Assembly: GCA_973895155.1 (NCBI GenBank)
Contig: OZ316897.1
Coordinates: forward strand, 2,433,416-2,497,415
Direction of reading: 5' to 3'
Length of the DNA: 64,000 nucleotides
DNA from: Marsupella aquatica
Taxonomy: Eukaryota > Plantae > Marchantiophyta
Shown here: in pieces, positions 59,405 through 64,000 of the stretch
How the letters are laid out: every line of letters starts with the position of its first letter
Position numbering within the stretch: position 1 is the first letter of the stretch
Notes under the pieces: model-generated
What the model was told of the DNA's origin: nothing
Database searches by the model: none
The model's input: the letters and a program-made list of their open reading frames with translations, nothing else
Program-made: the position numbers and the translations under genes

Positions 59405-61491
59405 TTAGTACCGACCTCTCCTGCAGCTAGGACTCCTTTTCTTCTTGTCCATCATCATACCTATGTTCGCGCATTTAAACTTCAACCCCTTGTCCATAGC
59501 TGCATCGTATTGAGCCTTTTTCGTCTCTCGAGCTTTTGACTCTATCTCCATCGCCATGATCTTCTGCTCGAGCTGTATATCTCGCAGCTGCTCGATAGCT
59601 TCACTGATATTCGGTCTCTTTGCTGGATCCGCAGAGCAGCACTGCATGGCTAGTTTGATCACCTGCAGGACAATCGCTGGCATGCAGTGCTCGCACGCAC
59701 TCGGGTCCCACGTCATCTCCTGGTCTAAAATCTCACCCAATCGATTGAGCTTAACCATCTCGCGCACAAGATCGGGAAGAAAACTTTTTGACCTATTAGG
59801 ATCGTCAGCCATGACGCCGGTGACAAGCTCCATGAGCACAATTCCAAAGCTGTACACGTCTGCGACATCAGTGAGCTTACCGGTGTCTTCGTAGTGCGGA
59901 CACAGGTATCCACGAGACCCCTTCACTATGGCATTGCAGAAGGTCTTCTGCTTCTCGTGAGACACAACAGCAGCCAGGCCGAAGTCCGCAAGCCTGGCTA
60001 GTCGCTTCTCATCGAGGAGGATGTTGGACGACTTCACGTCCCGGTGATAGACGGGTAGCTTGCCGTTGTAGTGCAGGTGGGTGAGGGCATCGGCTGTGTC
60101 GATGGCTACGTTCAAGCGTTCATCCCAAGTCAGTCTGTGGCCATGTAGACCCTGCAAATACTCCTGTAGATTTCCCCCGGGTACGTACTCATAAACTAAA
60201 AGCGGGTCTTGCTCAATGGACGAGTAGCCGATGAGCTTCGCCAGACGGCTGGACGATGATCTGGATGTAGGAAGGCAGCGATACACGAACACCTCATGAA
60301 GCACCTCCTCTAGTGAGTATGCATTGACTTCTTTCAATTTTTTGACTGCCACATTGCGCTCCGAGTCGCACAGCTCTCCTTTGAAGACATGAGCCTTTTT
60401 GCCGCTCCCGATGAGCTTGTGATCTGAGAAGTTGTTGGTCGCCGTCTTCAGCTCCCGGTACGAAAACCAAGAGATTTGAATACCGGTTTTTTTCTTGTTA
60501 TACCACTCGGCAAACCGTGCACCTGGGATCATTAGGTAAGGAAGATTAAAATCATTGCAAAGCACCCTTGAAACCTACACAGGAGACTCCTCGCGCATGA
60601 AATCAAAGCTCGTAATCGTCATGCGATCGACGATTGAACAAAAGGAAGCCAAGGCTCGCTTGAGAATGGCGCCTGAGTGACATTTACCGAGACACAGCTG
60701 AGAAATGACAATCAGACATTCGTTACGAGGATTGGCCTAGCATAGCAATTGCTGCCTGTTCCTGATGCGCTGGGCACTATAGTCAAGTCACTCTCTGAAT
60801 CTTAAAGCTACAAACGTAGTGAGAGATACATGCTGTCTGACACCATCTCTTGTACATCATATGTGCAGAGGAGGATTCTAGGTGGGCATACATTTTGGAT
60901 GAAAATGGGTGCTTGGAAAAGACCCGAAGGATTCATGAGCTCTGCCAATGCTCATAGAGTCCTGGTCTCCATGACAACCAAAGACGCCATCTAGGTAGGA
61001 AAACAAGATTTGTTTTAGAGCACGACTGGCCATTATCGACCAACTGCAGAGTCGAAGTCGATCATAGTGTTTGACACCACTATCATTTCTTCTGCACCCT
61101 ACAGCATTGCGGTTCGCGAACCGCTGAGAATCTAAATTTTCAGGGGAATAAGGATATGCAGTAGCGAGGCGGAGTCACCTTGACCTGCAGGAGCGTCGTA
61201 GTAGTCAAAGAAATCATGAATGAATTCAGTCCATGATGGAAGTTGCGGCGTGTAGATAACAGAGTAGTTAATGTGAGTCGACGCGAGTAGCAGAGTATGA
61301 TCAGGGGAGAGACCCTGTTGTAAAGCCCACTGAGTGAAGAGAGTGAGCCACCTCAACGCATCCACTATGTCCTCCTCGCCAGTGAACGCCGGTACCAAGG
61401 TATCACCACTCTTCGCCGCAGGTATGATGGAGTCTAGGCATTTGAAGTTGAACTCGCTCCGGAATTCATCACTCAAAGCATAGTGCGGCAT
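59405..61491 (-). CDS. Intact RLK/Pelle cytoplasmic Ser/Thr kinase with a Gag-like N-terminal exon and a C-terminal coiled coil (2 exons)
   Basis: Exon 1 61491-~61179/61185 and exon 2 60522-59405 have phase-1 compatible splice sites. Motifs: FSYRELKTATNNFS, VAVKKL, YHRDVKSSNILL, DFGLA, GSRGYLCP, DVYSFGIVLMEL, CCSADPAKRP. Confidence 0.85.
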
Positions 61492-63749
61492 TGTTCACCA
61501 AACCCACTGAAGTTATCCACCGTACCTGGAAAGCCTTCCTCAGCTGATACTTGCCCGACATCAACGTCACAGCATGAACCAATAACGACAATCTCTGTCA
61601 TGAAAGGCACGGGAGTGACACAGTGACCTGTACGTAGGGGTCAACATGAGCCCAAGCCCGCCGTTTCGATACAGATGGTGATAAGTGGCGTCCGTCTTCA
61701 TTTTCTAAAAACTGGCAAGCCTATTCGATACATATGGAGATAAGAGGCATCCGTCTTCATCCTCTCGAAACAGGCAATCTAAAGTTGAATCAGGTCCTAC
61801 ATCTGCCTCTTACCCGTTGATCCTGGTCCATGAGACGAATACTGCAATCGTCCATGGTGATGGTGAATTCCGACCTACGTAAATTGAAGAGGATGTCGTT
61901 GGGTGACTGGGCTTGCCAGGATCCAGTAGATAGAGAACGAGATCAGCAGAGTCAAACAAGAGCGAAGAATGTGAGATATGCCAGTAAGTTCAGCATATGC
62001 TTAGCTTGAGAGTAGTGTACAGCTTAAAATTTGGAGCTCAGGAAACACCGAGGGGCCTCATTAACTTTCAAGTCGAATACCTTTGCGAGCGATGTGGACA
62101 AGAACAGAATCAATTCCTGCAGCCCCCGAGAAAACTCGCTCTATTCCAACAGCAGTCTAAAGGCCTCCTCTCCCGAAAGGTTATTGTACCTCGTCTGAGA
62201 GACTCGCCAAACAAACAACGCACTGAAAGTCGTTAGGGCACCAGCGACTTCAACATAGAAGGTTATCATTCTGGAGCTTTCCGTCTTCAGGTACGGATAT
62301 TATTAAGAACGCTACAGCAAGAAAACCTCAGTCGAAACTATTGTTATCAGCGGTACGTTTACTAGGGCCAGGACCCACAGCGGTTGCGGTGTGTGTGCAC
62401 TTTTGAGGTGATTTAGATCGTCGAACCTGGCCTGGTCTGAAATGACATGCTGGTGTTCCGAGCAATGTCAGTATCGTGATGATGAGGACAATATCACCTC
62501 CCATGCTATTGGGCAGAGGCGCGCAAGACTGACATCGCCATTTTACTTTACAGTTGGATAATCTCTGTTCAACGGACATCGTATAGCATGAGATCATTTC
62601 ATTTCATTTCATTTCATATCTTTGCTTGGTGGGTGGGACCTCAGCGCATGATTCGCCGGGGTGCTCCTGTGGGCCCCATGCTCTGTCGCTTCGGAGTGGT
62701 TACGATTACAGACAAAATAACCAGACTCGGGGTGTACAGGGTTTTTCTTTCGAAATCTACTGTACACGGGGGAGACGCACAGACGCATTATTTGTCGTGT
62801 TTTGCCGTTGTTAATGCTTCCATCATGATTGTGTCCACTCACACAAGCTGACGGAATGACGGATGGTAGGAGCATATCCCACCAGGATAATTTAAGGTTT
62901 ATTCTATTGCAGCGAAGGTGGCGAACTCGATGATTGGAAATAACCTCTTGTAGCTATTCTATCTACTTCTTGAGTTATAATAAATATTTGTCCCTTTAAC
63001 TTATTTGTTTGACGAACAAAAACGACTTACTCTAGCGGTTTCATCTGATTGATCAACAAATTTGCTAACAAGTAGGACGGTGCACAATAGTCACACAAAA
63101 AGATGCATGTAGCTGGATTTCTTAGATCCACGGGATGAGATAGAATATTGAAAATTAACGGTGAGGGTGTGCACTTTCAGCCGACGGTTCCTTAATTAAG
63201 TCCATTGTTCTTTTTGGGGGTTTCATGATGTTATTCCTGTGCTACTAGGTGCATCAGCATCCTAAAATGCATCAGAATAGTTTTCTAGCCATAATTTTGT
63301 CATTTCATGCTGATTGAGCTTCAGGTTTTTTCACATTGCTACTTACCTTGGGGATTTATTTACTACATAAATTTGAAGAAAAATGGATTTCCCAAAACTT
63401 TCCAATCGAGATTCAAGGGAGTGCGTTGTTAAAGAAAAAGAAGATAGTGAGGTTGCAAGTTTACTTAGGTTTAATAAATATTATGTATAATTTTCTCATT
63501 CAACCTCTAACAATGACCCTTGAACACAAAATGTGATCAATGCCATTATTTTTTCCCATATTTTTTAGACCAAGCCCCTTTCCCTTTAAGCTAGAGTGTG
63601 AACTCATCTTGGTGATTCATTGTGGGAATGTTGGCTTTGAAGTGTCACCCCATGACATCGGGCTCAAAGTAATAAGGTACAAATACGAGGTCTACTCTAT
63701 TTACATCTTTGGCAACATGAGTATATTGCTTGAGCCAGGTGTGAAAAAT

Positions 63750-64000
63750 TGTTAGGAATAAATCTAGACTGAACAAGACAAAATAAACATATGTGAATAA
63801 CATGCATAGATTTTAACACTGAAGGTACATGGTTTGCCCAGTTTGGACTACAGCCATGAGACAAATACAATAATACTCAACAAGATTACATTGGTCTTAT
63901 AGCCAACATGCTAGAGCTCTGCCCACCTCTTCACTTTTAATTTCTCCTAGAGAGTAACATTCAAATGTGAACACAAGTTTTTTGTTGCCCTTGAATATAC
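63750..64000 (-). mobile_element. LTR (family Y), runs off the window
   Basis: TGTTAGGAATAAATCTAGACTGAAC...ATAGCCAACATGCTAGAGCT is homologous to 8766-9140. Confidence 0.8.

Overview
Eukaryotic, intron-containing plant genomic DNA, most likely from a non-seed land plant such as a bryophyte (inferred from gene and TE content). Host genes: a PQ-loop vacuolar transporter (1.7-4.7 kb), a STIG1-family secreted Cys-rich protein (19.5-20.0 kb), a multi-exon protein with a RimM-type PRC barrel (25.4-30.2 kb, minus strand) and a cluster of three RLK/Pelle-type cytoplasmic kinases (49-61.5 kb). One kinase is disrupted, one is a pseudokinase and one is intact; two carry a Gag-capsid-like N-terminal exon. 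Copia remnants, solo LTRs, a deleted LTR element and MITE-like foldbacks fill the intergenic space. The centrepiece is a 9,957-bp Ty3/Gypsy-like retrotransposon (33695-43651, TSD TGGT) nested in a PIF/Harbinger-type DNA transposon (30525-47377, TSD ACT). Its single polyprotein reads Gag-protease-C5 DNA methyltransferase-RT-RNase H-DDE integrase-PHD finger. Instead of two LTRs it has split direct repeats, A-body-B-GC-A-B. An 11-nt Tf1-type self-priming site abuts A1, a G-tract abuts B1, and a perfect 16-bp palindrome lies at the B/A junction. Together these fit, to the base, a model in which the reverse-transcribed LTR is B-GC-A, the cDNA closes into a 2-LTR circle, and integrase opens it at an internal palindromic att site. 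The mechanism is inference; the repeat geometry is directly visible.
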